Assembly: GCF_009834535.1 (NCBI RefSeq)
Contig: NC_045697.1
Location: forward strand, 101,000,001 to 101,064,000
Reading direction: 5' to 3'
Length of the DNA: 64,000 nucleotides
Source of the DNA: Camelus ferus
Lineage: Eukaryota
Of this stretch, positions 1 to 14,200 are shown one piece after another (within the stretch, counting starts at the first letter, position 1; each line of letters opens with the position of its first letter). Position numbers and translations under genes: made by a program. The notes beneath the pieces are model-generated. The model did no database searches. It was not told the DNA's origin and worked only from the letters and a program-made list of their open reading frames with translations.

Positions 1-690
1 CCACCCAGATCCAGCTCATCTTCATTTCTATCCTGAATCTTTGCATTAACCAGACTTCATTCTTCTGTCCTTGCCTCCTTTCAGGTCCTGCTCAACACAG
101 TAGCCAGAAATGGTCCTCTTAAAGCATGAATCAGATTTCACACCTATACTCCAAACACCTCAACTGTCTTTACATGTAGCTCAGGGTCTAATGGCCTTCA
201 AGGGGGGACACAATCTGTCTTCCTTGCCCCATGAACTTCTGTCCTCAACTCCTACAACTCTCCTCCTTGACCCCTCACTTCCAATCACACTGGCCTCCCT
301 GCTGTTCCTTCAACACACGCATCCTGCCACCCCAGGACCTCTGCTCTTGCTATTCACTCCACCTACAATTATTGTTCCCCCCAGATAGCCACGTGTCTTG
401 TTCCCTTATTTCCTGCACATTTCAGCTCAAATATCACATTATCAGTGAATCTATCCTTGACCATACAGTATAAAATGGCCACAGCCCAGCACTCCCTAGT
501 TCTTGCATCTTGTCTTATTTTTTCCATAGCATAGAGCACCATCTGATCAACAATACATTACTTATCTTTTGTATTGTTTATTTTCCCAGAAGGCGGCATC
601 TCTGTCTTTTTGGTTCATTGCCAAATACCCAGAACCTAGCAGAATGTCTAGAACATAGAAGGCTGTATTGTTTGATGAATGAATGATGAA
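1..690 (+). mobile_element. LINE-2 3' fragment
   Basis: Typical L2 text (tggcctccctgctgttccttcaacac, caggacctctgc) ending in the gaatgaatga tail. Confidence 0.8.
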
Positions 691-1484
691 TATTATATGC
701 CTACCAATATTCTATAAGGTAAGTAAGGCCAGTTATATTTTCAAGTTTGTATTTGGGGAAAGTAAAGGGATGAAACCTTTTGAGATTGGTCCTTAGCTAC
801 TGGAGGACTCCACCTTTTCCCTGACCATAGCTGATGAAAGTCCACTCAAAACACCACTTTAAAGCATGGGGTCAAAATAAACTGGGAAGGGCAGCAAGTC
901 ACCAAAATACTAGTTAGGTGAGGTTCACAGTCAAAAGGGGACATATTACTACTCCACTTGTACCATTTTTGCTGCGATCATAAATCAACAAGGCATTTTC
1001 CTGCTTTTTGTAGAAATCACCACCACTTTGGTCCTGAGTACTGTGCCCCCTCAAATACAATGTAGACGTTAAACAAAAGGGGAAGAGAAGGCAGGAGCTG
1101 GTTTAATCAGCCTTATCCAAGGACTGTTAATCCTGCCCCAAGAAGAAGCCAGGCATGTCTGCAGCAGGCAAAGGGCATAATTGGGCTCTCGCACAGCTGG
1201 CCCTGTTGGCTGTTTCTTCCCTGGGTTTTCTCCTATCACCTGGTTTGACGATTCTGTTTCCTAGTTCTCCTTTCCCTGATAGCATTTTTTTTCTTGACTA
1301 CTTACTTCAACGGTATTTTTTTAAAATTTCTTCCTCTTTCCTTCATAATCCTACAACCTTCACTACACCTTTATTCCAGTCTTTATTTACTGACCAATCA
1401 GTCTGCAAGCACTATATGTAGTCCAACATTTCCCCTTCCTGGAAACAATTTTGGATGCAATTTCTTCACAGCAAAATTGACTTC

Positions 1485-2280
1485 ATTTATTCACTCATTC
1501 ATTTTTCTCATGTCAGGCTCTGTCTAGGCACCGAGGGGAAGAGAGAGAACAAAATAGATAAATATTCTCTCATGAAGTTTAATTATAGTAAGGGAAATAA
1601 ACAATATAAGAGATAAATAAATGAAGCAGAGATGATATTGGACAGTGATAAGTACTAAGGACAAAAATAACACAGAGAAGGGAGATAGTTTTAGGGAGGC
1701 CTTGTAATTTTAGATATGGTGGCAGAGAAGGCTTCGGTGAGAAGGTGACATTTCGCATAAAGACCAGAGGAAGTGAAGGAGTGAAGCACAGTTACCTGGG
1801 GAAAACGCTTCACGGGTAGACTGAATAACAAAGTTCAAGTACCCAAGCTGGAAATGTACCTGGACTATTCAAGGAACAGAAAAGAAGACAATGTGGCTGA
1901 GTTGAAATGAGCAAAAAAAAAAGTAGAGGATGAGGTGAAGGAAGTGGGGCCAGGACTTGGAGACTTGAGATTAGGATTGGGTTTACACTTTCAGGGAGAT
2001 GAGAAGTCACTGGAGGGATGGCACGTCCTACATTACGTTTTAGTAAGTCTGCTGCACAGAATAGACTACGACGGGGCGGGAGATCAGGGACGGAGGATGG
2101 AGGGAGTCAGGGAGATGAAGAGACTACCGCAAAAGTCTAAGTGACAGACATCTTGGCTACAGTGAAGGAGGCCAAGAGTCGTCAGATTCTGGGTTTACTT
2201 AGAGGTCAGAATCAACAGGATTTGCTGACGTATTGTTTGTAAGTGTGAGAGGGAGAAAGGAGTCAAAGATGACTCCAAAA
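1485..2280 (-). mobile_element. LINE-2 fragment
   Basis: Starts with the attcactcattc tail, followed by purine-rich L2 antisense text (ggagtcaaagatgactccaa). Confidence 0.8.
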
Positions 2281-2644
2281 TTAAAAAAAAAAAGTTTTGT
2301 ATATCTAATGTGATATTTCACCTAACATGCTAGCTTTATAAAAGGACAACGTTAGTATTACTTTTGTGAATTTTTCTTTCTAGTGCTATGTGATTTTAAC
2401 ACTTTGTGTTCTTTTTCTATGTATGTACATATCACACAGAAGTTTGAACCAGTGTGATATGGTGAACAGCTCTCTGCATAATCTTCCCTTGATGAAAAAT
2501 ATATAATAATAATAGGATTTTTGGAAACAAAGTAAGTAAATGTATGTGAGAGGTAAGATTTTGGATTTTCATTTATATTTTATTTCCATGGAGGAGGTTA
2601 TGTAAGATTCAAGATTAAAATGTAGTATTTTATATCAGGGGCAT

Positions 2645-3041
2645 TGTTATGAACAGAATCATGTTCCTCGGAATCCATATGTTGAAGCCCTAATGCCCCA
2701 TGTGACTGTACTTGGAGAAAAGACCTTTATGGAGGTGATTAAGGTTAAATGAGGTCGTAAGAGTGGGACCCTAATGCTCTCGGACTGGTGTCCTTACGAG
2801 AAGAGGAGAAGACACCGGAGTCCACTTGCTGCCTCTCCATACGTGTGTGCCAAGGAACGGCCTTGTGAGGACACAGCAAGAAATCTGCAAGCCAGGAAGA
2901 GGGCCTTCACCAGGGACGAAGTCATCTGGCACCGTGATCTTGGACTTTGGAGCCTTTCAGGACTGGGAGAAAATAAATTTCTGTCGCTTAAGTCACTCAG
3001 TCTATGGTATTTTATTGTGACAGCCCAAGCTGACTGATACA
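2645..3041 (+). mobile_element. MaLR solo LTR (MLT1A/B-like)
   Basis: TG...CA ends, internal aataaatttctg and gattaaggttaaatgaggtc. Flanked by ggcat/ggtat, a 5-bp TSD with one mismatch. Confidence 0.85.
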
Positions 3042-3254
3042 GGTATTAATCTCAATCTGCTCCGTATGCAGGAGAGAGAACACACATCACTCACGCACAT
3101 GACTGGGGTGCTAAAAATGGTTCCATTTCTTTCTCCCCCATTTGGGCAAACCAGTGAGAGGGATGTTGTTTTAGAGATAATCTCAATTTCAGCTACTTTG
3201 TCTTTTCATGTTTCAGCCATTGACTAACTTCAGGACTTAAATCACTGTTAGGAG

Positions 3255-3375
3255 TAGATCATATTAATACACCCCACAGAGATTTTAATTTAGCAGATCT
3301 GCCAAAGGGTCCCCACATCTGAATTTCTAACAAATGCTCCTGATGATTTTGATCACACTTTGAGAAACACTGAGA
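3255..3375. mobile_element. MER5-type hAT-Charlie fragment
   Basis: atctgaatttctaacaaatgctcc...cacactttgagaaacactg resembles the MER5 end. Confidence 0.55.
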
Positions 3376-5324
3376 TAAGCTTATTTCCACATTAAGTCTT
3401 CTAAACAGCATGCACAGTGGACCTTATTGTATGTCCTTCACTCAATCATGACTACTCCTAAGGACTGCCAACAGAGTTTATAGTAACTTTATAAAAAGCT
3501 TCATAAAAGGTCAAGGTTTACCAAGAATCCAGAGAGAACAGAGCTAAAACCAGCGTTTCTCGGTGTGTGTACCATCTTAGACCACTTATGACTTCTGCAT
3601 GGTATGTGCTGACACCGCCACCTCCTATTTCTAGAACAGCTCAGTTACTCCTTTTTTAAGTTCCCATTACTAAGTCAGAAACACTGTGTAGGACTTTAGT
3701 GGGGCCTATTCTTGGCTCTCAAGTCCTCCATTTATGAAAAGAGCATGATTCAATTTGTGCCAACTCATAATAGCAACCTTGTAAAGGAGTCAAAGGGTGA
3801 GGCAGCTTTGACAAAAACAGAGAGGTGGCTAGTAATAGAAGTGGAGCAGAGAAAGCAGGTCTACTATGAAATTAGACGCGTCTCTGCTCCCGGTCTCCTG
3901 GCACATTGCCTTGGGTCCAGGCACAATCATCTGCCTATTTCTGCCTTTAGTCCACCCTGTCCCATCCCCCATACCCTCCCCACCTTCTTAGTCTACAAAT
4001 TCTCCCTCCTTAATCTTGATACGTATAAATATTCACGTGGTGGTGACTAATAGAAGTCATAGAGAACTCCAAAGTCAACAAGGGCTGAATGACGGTACCT
4101 AGCCACAAAACAGGAATCTTAAGTACACAAACGCTACGACCATCTGCCATGGAAGTTCACCATGGCCCTGGCACTTGCAAGCAGCCTGATTCAAACACTG
4201 GGCTTCACCGGCATATGTTCATGACCTGGGATAATTCGAGGGAGAGCAGGGAACAGAGAAGAAGAAGGCTTAGGGCATTAGTAAGACCCTAGCCTATGCT
4301 GGGCAAGAACACTATTTTTTTGAGAGGCAGTTCAGGAATTTTTTTTTTTTTTTTTTGTAAAGTTAATGATTGGTTAAGTGTTAGATAAGCACTGTCTCCC
4401 ATGTAGGTGTTTCCTTGGTACCCAAAAGTAAACAGGCTCCCAGATAAGGGACACCAAGCCAGAAAATAGGTCACAATAAACGTTGTCATTTAGGAAAAAA
4501 AAAAAAAAGCTCATTTATGGAAAGGTAGGAATTCTAGCACATAATCAAATTTACTTTCCTGAAAACAAACAAACAAAAAATTAGCAGTTTGTAAGTCTGT
4601 CCCCTGTGCCTCAATAAAATAGGCAATTGCACTCTCAAGAAAGGACGTTAGGCTAATATTTATATCAAGTTTCTCTCTTTCAGAGAAAAGAAAGCAAAAA
4701 GAAAGTGAAAATCCTGAATTTGATGATATGCATCGGGGCTTTTATCCTGGGCTTCAAGGAAACTGCTTCACCTGCAGCTGGCATCACCCCTCCTCCAGTG
4801 TGGCCCCTCCTCCAGTGTGGCCCCTCCGCTTTGTACTACTTCCTGCTTCTCTCTCAGCAATTCCATAAGGCACCAAGTTATTAAAATCTGCCCTCCTTCA
4901 CATAAAAATGAAATCCAAATTCAAACTGCATCTCTTTCCAAAGAGAATTGTGAGATCAGAGAAGTGGTTACTTTTGGCAGCAGGCCTCCCAGAATCTTCT
5001 CTGCATCTCACGTAGGGTTAATTATGGCAGAATGCAACCAGTGATCAGTACTTTTGTTCTGAGAAGAGGCTGTGTCAACACGCGAGCCAGCTGCGAAGAT
5101 GAAGGTGTTTTGAATGGTGCAGTGGCTTTGCATAGTTCCATGCAAACAGGCCGTCTGGTTCAGAGGATGAGACACACTTACGGTACTCCAATTCCAAAGC
5201 CAATTTCTCATTTAGCTTTTGAATAATGAGATTTCATACCCCATAGAGGTGTTGGTGATTCAAGCATCTGGCAAAACTGATCATTTCTAATTTAAATTGT
5301 TCAGTGAGCTGACTGAGACCCTAC

Positions 5325-5436
5325 CTTTTGTCCCTGCACATCTGTCGTGATGTGGTCGGCTTCCCCATCCTCAATCTCCCCCATCTTCACGACACTGACT
5401 TCTATGGTGCCAACAACTTTGCCACCATCTGAAGTT
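5325..5436 (-). CDS. INPP4B: INPP4B internal coding exon, 112 nt, phase 2-0 ([37 protein letters not shown])
   Basis: Minus strand reads ttggttgcag|AACTTCAGAT...CAAAAG|gtaggg. The peptide is visible inside ORF 5301..5573 and matches recalled human INPP4B. AG|A completes the split Arg codon from the previous exon. Confidence 0.97.
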
Positions 5437-7469
5437 CTGCAACCAAAAATAAATGAAATGGAGAGGTGAGAATCTTCTTTTTCCTGAAAGTATGTCCAAA
5501 CACGTTTTTCTCTGAAAACCACTAACATTGCTTTTTTTTCACCTGCATTGGTTGTAATTAAACAAATCTGCAAAAAACATACTGAAACATGTTAATAGTG
5601 TTGGCATTGTTTTTAATTTCCAAAGAAAACTCATCATGAATTTGTGCAGTAAATGCATGGACTGTCAAATACTATCTCATGCAGGTAAAACCTCCTCAGC
5701 GCTCTCAGGAGTAGCTGCCAGGACCATGGTTCCAGGCCCAGTTTGGCAACTCCACGTCTCTACAACAGCATAAACCCTGGCTCCTCTATACCAGTCGCAT
5801 GGGATACTGTGCACAACTACTACAGAAACCACAGCTGAATAAAACAGAAAAGAGCATAAACATCTCTGTATTCCTCTACGACCCAGCCATTGGCTATAAA
5901 ATCTGCTTTTATGCCTTTTGCATAATATCATTTCTCTTTCTCAGAGACCAAGAAAAGAAGATTTCTCTCCCAGCAAACACACACACACACAAAAAAGAAG
6001 GTACCTGCAGAGCAGAAATTAGCGACAGAGATCATCTAGCACAACCCATTACTCTTTCAGATAAAGAAACTGAGACTCAAGGAGGTAGAAAGCCTCATGC
6101 ATGGAAGCAAACTGGCGAAACCAGAAACCCAGGTTTGTACCTTCTTTGAGTCTGCTGGCCACTGAACAACTCTTCCCTACTTAATGATAATGATAATTTT
6201 ATTATTAAGATTTTCATCATCATTACTGTCATCAACATACAGATGTTATAGTTGACAATAATTAAAATTAAAAATAAAATTAACAACCACCCATCCTTTA
6301 AGATTCTCAAATTTTCTTTTCTGGGCAAGAAAATATACAGAATAAGTGGTGGCATCATATCATGGGAACACTGTGATACATAAGGATATTTTTCCCTTGA
6401 AACTTATTTTGAAGATGGGTAGCAAGCCTCCCATCAGTATGAGGTGTTACCATAACTTCTACCCAAGCCTAATTGACTAATACTAGTTCGGTGACACTTC
6501 ATTTTCTTTATTTAGTCATCTTTTAAATTTGTTTTTAACTTTAATCTGAATACAAATAGTGTCTTTCTTTCAACCAATTCCTTCAGAATGTCACTATTTT
6601 TATTAGAGGTGTCAGAAAAGAGGAATAGGAAAATTAGTATAAGTAGTTTACCAAAATGCTAATTAAAATAATGAATAAGTTAGGTGAAAAGGAAATCCAG
6701 TTGTTACCAGATCACAGGAAGTTTTCCTCAAAACATAAAAAGTATAAATTGAAACGTATCTTTTGAATTATGCTTTTAAGAAAACCAAAATAGAAAAATT
6801 CTGGTAACATACACGTAGCTAATGTCATAATGTAATAAAATAAAGATTATGTACACAGAAAACTAAAAGTGATTTAACTAGTTTATTAATATTAATAAAA
6901 TATGAAGCTTCTTGGTGATTTTTATAATACTGACTCAATTATTTGAAATTAATATAGAAAACTTAAGCATTCATTACAAAGAATATATCTATACAGATGA
7001 TAATATAATCTATGATTTTGTAAAATAAAAAACTATATTAGCTCCAATTCTGGAATGGTTTTAATAATTAATTATACCATTTTCCCACTTGAAAATGACA
7101 TCATAACTTGTCATAAATCACAGTGTGACATATCTCTGTACAATTCTTCAGTACTTGACAGTTAAATAAAGAGTTTAGTAAAAGCCCTGTCACCACTCAT
7201 AGTTTTTTCTAGAAATTTGCAGACTTCTTTTTCCCCCAAATTGATCATCAATAACAATTAAAGACATCTTCTTTTTTTTTTTCTCATAGGAATTGTTTAA
7301 ACTTTTGGCTTGTGCAAACTGAGCTAGCTTAATTTCTAGGTATACAAGCTTAATTTCTAGATACAAATTCCTAAATATTTTCATTGAACTAAACCAAAAA
7401 AATGTCATGATTTGAAACAGAGAATAAGCTTCTCACAGTCAAGACTGGGTAATAAGGTGATATATGCAA

Positions 7470-7650
7470 TAATAATTAAAAGTGTGAACTCAGGAGTTTG
7501 AGCTATCTGCTAGCTTCATGACCTTGGATAAGAAACTTAACCATGTGAAACTTTGTAAGACAGAGATGATAACTTCATTGTAAGGATTAAATTGTGACAT
7601 GATTTATGTAAAGTTCTCAGCACAACGTTTTGCATAAGACAAGTGCTTCT
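7470..7650 (+). mobile_element. MIR SINE fragment
   Basis: Core-like text tgaccttggataagaaacttaacc...gtaaagttctcagcaca. Confidence 0.65.
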
Positions 7651-8049
7651 TCCTTCTCCTTCTCTTCATCCTCATGGTAGTAGGAGCAGTATCAACCAAA
7701 TTGCTATTGTCATGAATATATTTTATTTAATTTGATTCTCTTCAGAAATTTTACTAAAATGGACATCTAAGACTATTGTAAAAGATTACAGGATTTCATA
7801 GCACATGCATTTCAAGAGTGATTATGTGCTCATTAGAGATACAAAGACTTAGTGATGACAGATGATGGTATAAAGCTTACATCCTAGTAGTGCAAAGAAC
7901 ACAAGTCTATAGCTGATGACAATGCAAGTGAACCTTTCAAAGTGCCAGAGTCAGATGAGTAAGGAATGCACCATGGGAATAAAGGAGTAAGCTTCGGAAC
8001 TATAGCTTTATTTATTCCCTTTAAAAATTATCTGGCTACTTTTAAAATA

Positions 8050-8208
8050 CAGGCATATCTTGCTTTATTGTGTTTTGCTTTGTTGAGCTTCACAGATATT
8101 GTGGTTTTTTTTTCCCCAAATTGATGGCTTGTGGCAACCCTGATTCAAGCAAGTCTATCAGTGCCATTTTTCCAACAGCATTGCTCACTTCATGTCTCTG
8201 TGTCACAT
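8050..8208 (+). mobile_element. Tigger1 (TcMar-Tigger) left-end fragment
   Basis: ta|caggcatatcttgctttattg...gtggcaaccctg...gccatttttccaacagca...tgtctctgtgtcacat matches the recalled Tigger1 5' end, preceded by the TA target. Confidence 0.85.
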
Positions 8209-8709
8209 GAGATTAAGGGACACTAAAGGGATTCTAAAACCTCCCCCACCCAAAACCATTTTGCGTAAGAAGCTGTGAGTACCCTGAAGCATGCTTCTTC
8301 ATCTGAGATTCGTGGGAGATGGAATGGGGAATGCAGGTAATAAACTGAAGAATTGAACCCAAGACACCCAAAAGCATTGTTCATCCTGTCCGTGAACTGG
8401 AACATGAGACGTAGAAGCAGTTTCCAATTTATTCTATACAATTTACTACACACAAAGTATGGATATTCAACACCTCTCTTCAATCAGGAGAGTCACAACT
8501 GAAATATCTATTTCATGTTTCTAAAGGCTGTTTCAAAGGTGATTTCATAAAAATTTACCAAAAAAATTCATTCTTAAAGCATGAATTATGTTTCCAATTT
8601 ATCACCCATCAGGTTCAGGGGGCTACTAATCATTACTTCACCCTTATTAATCAGCAAAATCCTACTGACTTTTGTTTAATGGAAATTCTTCAGAGCTGCA
8701 TGGCAGACA

Positions 8710-8860
8710 TACTGAAGAGAATTCCAGGCTAGGAATCAAGAAACCAAAGCACAACGTCCAGCTCAGCTGCTCACTAGCTATGTGACCAACGACATACTGC
8801 TTCAATTCTCTGGATTTCAGTTTCCTGTACTGCAAAACAAAGAGTTGATCTCTGACAGCT
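8710..8860 (+). mobile_element. MIR SINE fragment
   Basis: ctgctcactagctatgtgacc...tttcagtttcctg is MIR core-like. Confidence 0.55.
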
Positions 8861-9110
8861 ATAATATCAGCGCTCAAACTTCATGCTCTGACGAGGCTAG
8901 AATTCAATCACTTGGTTCCATCATAGGCATCCTAGACTATCGTGGGCGGACACAGCTTTGGGAAAAATCAAGGGCAGATTGTCCTCCTCACTCCCCACCT
9001 TCCCGTCCAACCCTTCCCCCAAACAAACCAACCAAATGCATGCCAAACCTGAAAAGTGACTTAACACTTACAGTCAAATACAAAGGCTAGTTTTTCTTAT
9101 AGTATCCAAC

Positions 9111-9113
<3 letters not shown>

Positions 9114-9148
<35 letters not shown>
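9114..9148. repeat. (TA)n microsatellite
   Basis: Direct reading. Confidence 0.95.
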
Positions 9149-11549
9149 TTTTATTACCATTATGGCACTTGGCATTTTCACAAGGATACAAATTTGATAG
9201 AACCAAACAAAAGTGATCTTCACACAATTTCCTAGCAATTTATATGGCACTAGGAACAGGCTGCAGCTATAAATAACTATCTTAATCTATACAAAGAAGA
9301 GAGAGAGAAAAAGAAAACCATGTCATCTCAAACAGTCTCTTGTCAGGTCATTACCCACTGCTTAATTCACAGAGTTATTATAAGAGAAGTAAAAGATGAA
9401 TAGTTCTTGGCAGCTATGTTATTTCAATCACAACATCAAGTTCCTATTTCTCTCAGCAGATACACTTAAATATTTAACCATGCCAACAAGATGGAAGACA
9501 GAGGAGGGGAAATTTCAGCAACACAAATCAACACTTCCTTATCAATTAGATTTTCAGTATGCATAATACATTAGTGATTGGGATTTTTCAAAATCCTCCT
9601 TTAACATAACTCTCATAATGCTTCCTAGTGAAATATTCAATCTCACATGCTGAAATATTTAAATATTTTTGGAAGACTGGGGGAAAGGGGATATGAAACA
9701 GTCTTCAATTTAATGACGCTTTTCCTCTAAACTCTTCACCACCTATTGTACCATCCTTAGTAGAAAAAAAGAAAAAATTATCCTATGGAAATGTTAAACA
9801 GAAACATGTAAATAACTCCCCTATTTTGGAAATGCCACAGAGATACACATGACTCTGTAAACATCCAAGGAAAAACTATCATTAGCACTGTCAGTCTTTG
9901 CAAATATAAAGCAGCCTTGGTGCTATGCACAGGAACCGTCATCTGTGAGATGTGCCTTGCATTTAACCCGTCTAGACATGTAACTGGGAAATGAAAATCT
10001 CACCTGGACAGAAAAATAAACAAAGGCCATATGTAAGCAAATGGAGTCAGTGAGTGAGTGTGCCCTGACTATCTTTCTGGCGAAAACTCTTATCTAGCAG
10101 TGCTAGATTTGCTTAGGTCTCACAGAAGTGAGAGTTCTATGTAAGTAGATATGACTAAATGCACCTCTACTCTGGCTGAAATTCACAAATACCAGAAGTC
10201 ACAGAATACATTCAAACTAATCCTCAAATAAAACCTTTCAGTAGTTCTTAAAATTGCAGCTTACACACTCTAAGGTTTTGCCTTTGATTTTTTCCTCCTT
10301 TCTCGTTACAAGCTTGCCTTTAGAAATTCCTTCCACTATTGTGGGATTCAGTTACCCTGTCTATGAGGATCCACCACAATTCCATACTCCCTACTCTGAC
10401 CTGACTTCCTGACCAAGAACTGCAAATTCCTTTTGTCCTGGTATCATTTGACATTCGATAGACTTGAAACCTCAACTCAAACTTCAACAAACTTACATCA
10501 GTAGCATATCATTCCTCAGAGATCAAAACCACAAAACATTTCATTTCTACCTGTGCTTTGCCCCTACTGTGCAATAAGGCACAAAGTCATAGTGATTCTT
10601 CCTCAATGTCTCTTACATGTGTCTCTTCCCAACAGCAACATCCAGTTATTCTCATCAACTCTCTTTCATTACACTTCAGGAAACTACCTCCCATCTTCCA
10701 GTATCTTCCTCTGCCATCCTGTCCATGTCGAGCTTTCCTCTTAAAGCCCCACTGTCACATTTTACTTTCCTTCCTCTGTCAAAATCCTTTAGACACTGCA
10801 CAAAGCCTGCCCAGAGACTCTGCAGTGTAGCCTGTCTCTGAAGACCTTATATCAGGACTTGTCAAGGGTTAGGGACAGCTCAGTACTTTTGCCTCAAACT
10901 GACCCTTGTCTTCACACGCCATTAAATAATGGAGGATGGTTTAGAGGAAAGTGAACTTTGAGTGACAAGGTCCTTTGTTATGGTGTTGGCTCTTTATCAT
11001 AAACACCTATGTGTTTGTGAGAAGGCAACTCAGCCTCTATTAAGATTTACCAGCTATAAAATATGAAAGCAGTAAACCATCCTACTTATAAGACATATGT
11101 GTCCAAAAATAAAAGGTCTTAAGTTAAAATATAAAAATGCTTTTGTGTATGGTAATGAGTACGACTGTTACACAATTCTGAGCCACAGAACTTCGAGAGC
11201 CCATAGTAGATACGTAGACTAGCCATTTTTCAGACTAATTGGCATGTGGATTTCTCTTTACTGCTGAAAACAGTAGTATCCAAATATGAGTGATTCCCCT
11301 AACACAAATAAGCTAAAGACATCTTTCCCTCCCGTGACTCTATGAAAAATACACACATAGTGAGTTACATTTGGAAACCTGATTTCAATACTAAATGTAA
11401 AGTATAAACTATCTCTTTGAATGTAAGAAATATCCCATCAGCAAGGTGAGAAAACAAGGTTGGCATCTTGCAGATGTCCCTGTTGGGACTCATAGGCAAC
11501 CAAAATTACATGAAAATTATTAGGAAACCATGAGCTACACATTGGTAGA

Positions 11550-14200
11550 CAAGATGCTGCAAGTGAGACAAAGGAAGCACACTCTACTCTCTTGTACCTG
11601 TCGAATGAAACTATAAAACCTGGACAGGATGCTCAGAGCAGCTATTCGAGGACTTAAAGTAAACAGCGCCAGGCATACTGGGGAAGAAGGTCAGAAGCTT
11701 AACTATCACTGATGAACCAGCATTACTTTACCATTTTCCCCCTCTGGTATCTCATGATCTAGACCCAGCACAGCCCCAAGCCCAGAGATGCTCATAGTGT
11801 GGGCAGAGAAAGCCCCAGGAGAAGCCCTCTAGCCCTGGCTCAGAGAAAAGAGCAGAGGTCTCCTAACACTCAGAAGAATGATGAAATCCCTTTTCTTTTT
11901 CCCACTCTCTTGTGTCCCAGCTCCCACGTAACCCAGTGGTGGCAGCAGCAAAAGTGGCAGCGCGGAGGACCTGCAGGCGCCTAAAATTACGAGGAAGGGA
12001 AAGTTTCCTCTTTGATTGGAGCTGTGAGCCCAAGGGTATGGGGTGAACGCCCTTGCCTTTTATTTTTCATCTCTCTCTGCTCTTTCCAGAAGGGGGTGCA
12101 ATTGAGTGACAGAGAAGGGAAAATAAAACCCCAGCTTTCTGGATGAAGTTCAAAAAAGGAAGCCACAGGAGACAGGAATGTTCCAGGGGGAGAGGAAGAG
12201 GCTCAGGAAGGAACTTCTTAATGTTGTTCATGAACTTCTGGGCTTACCCCAAGCTGTGCATGCATGGATCTAAATAGCGTATCAGACACTTTGAGAAATA
12301 ATTATGGACTACACCACACTCCAGCTCCTAGACTGTCACCTGGGTGACAAACTTGAAGGACAGGAACAAATAACATTACAAAAGTTTTGCAAACAGAAGT
12401 GATATTGAAACGGTATTGAAATGACACGTTTTCACAGGACACCATGTCAACATACAAATATGTAGCAGTTAACAATTAGGAACTGAAATTTTATACACAC
12501 ACACACACACACACAACACACACACACACACACATATATCTTTTATAATAAGTCCAAAACAAATAAAGTACTTAAGTATACATCCAATAAAAATGTATAA
12601 GATCTATATGCTGAAAACTACAAATGATGATGGAAGAAATCAAAAAAAGGTCTAAATAAATGGTGAGGCATACTGTGTTCATGTATTGAAAGACTTAACT
12701 TTACAAAGATGTCAATTCTCCCCAAAATGACCTACAGATTTAAGACAGTACCAATTAAAATTCCAACAACATTTTTTGTAGATACTGATAAGCTGACTCA
12801 AAAATTTATCAAAAGCATAGTTACTAGAATGCCCATGTACTTTTGAGAAATAAGAACAAGCATGGAGAAATTGTATCTACTGGTTTAAAGACTTATTTTA
12901 AATCTACAGTAATCAAAACTGTATGGTATTTGCAAAGAGACAGATATATTGATAAATGAAACAGAATACAGAAACTATGTGGCCAAGTGTTTTGACAAAG
13001 TTACAGTCAATGCACTAGATAAAGAATAGTCCTTTCAACAAATGGTTCTGGAACAATCAGACAACCACTTAGGGAAAAAATGAAAGTCTACTTAAACTTC
13101 TCAACTGAAACAAAAATTAAAATGGCTCATTGACCTAAATGTAAAACATAAAAATAGAAAACTTAAAAAAAAAAAGACATATGAGAAAAGTCTTCATGAA
13201 CTGGCTAAGTCAAAGTGTTCTTAAATATGTACCATCTAAAGAAGAAAAAATTTGATACACTGAACTTCATCAAAATTGACACATTTGCTCTGTGAAAGAC
13301 ACTGTCACATGAATGAAAAGACAAGCTACTGACTGGAAAGAAAACATCTGCAAATCATGTATCTGACAGAATTTGCATCCCAAATACATAAAGAGCCCTC
13401 AAAACTCAACAGCAAGAAAATGAACAACATAATAAATAAACAGGCAAACAAGTCGAACAGACGTGTCTCAAGAAGAGGATATACAGATAACAAATGGCCC
13501 GTGGAAAACTGGGTGTTAGAAAAATGAAAATTAAAAGCACTATGAGATGTCATTCTATACCTTAGAATGGCTGGTGAGGGGGCAGAGCCACTGAAACTCT
13601 TGTACGCTGCTGGTGGGGGAAACAGCACAGCAGTTTCTTACAGAGTTCAACACATACTTGCCATATGACTCAGAAACTCCAATCCTAGGTATTTACCCTA
13701 AAGATATGAAAACTTAGGGTCACAGGAAAACCTGCACATGAATATTTTAGTAGCTCCATTCATAATCACTCAAAACTGGAAAGAACCAAAATATACTTTA
13801 CTATGGACAGTTCAATACACTGTGGTACCACCCCATCATGAACTACTACTCAGCAATGAAAAAAACAACTGCTGCTTGATATGCACAATACCTTGATGAA
13901 CTGCACAGTCATTAGACTGAATAAATGAAGCCAGTCTCAAAAGGATCTGTACTTTACGATTCAATGACTTTCTCAAAAAGTAAGAGGTATGGTGATGGAG
14001 AACACAGATAGACGGTGGTTGCCAGAGGTTGGCATGGGTGGAGGCATGAATCAAAGGGACAGAGGGAGGGAGATTCCTCTATGGTCATGAAATAGTTCTG
14101 TATCCTGACTGTGGTGGTGGTTACAAGAATCTACACATTGTTAAAATTCATGGGACTGTACACAATAAAAAGTCAATTTTACGGAATGTTTATAAAATAG
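11550..14200 (+). mobile_element. Old LINE-1 (L1MC/L1MD-like): putative 5' region joined to the ORF2 3' part and 3'UTR
   Basis: 12430-13800 is clear ORF2 3' text (gatgtcaattctccccaaa, tttcaacaaatggttctggaaca, ctaggtatttaccc). The 3'UTR ends near aataaaaagtcaattttac. 11550-12420 resembles an old L1 5' region (lower confidence). Confidence 0.8.
12495..12534. repeat. (CA)n microsatellite, interrupted once
   Basis: Direct reading. Confidence 0.95.

Noticed and set aside
1..5324. Next INPP4B exon (CALVCE...)
   Set aside because: Not found by reading; it probably lies beyond the left edge of the window.
5301..5573. ORF 5301..5573 as a standalone 90-aa gene
   Set aside because: Only 5325-5436 is the INPP4B exon; the rest is intron that happens to be open.
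6882..6899. 18-bp perfect palindrome tttattaatattaataaa
   Set aside because: A/T-only sequence in a very AT-rich stretch, so likely chance.
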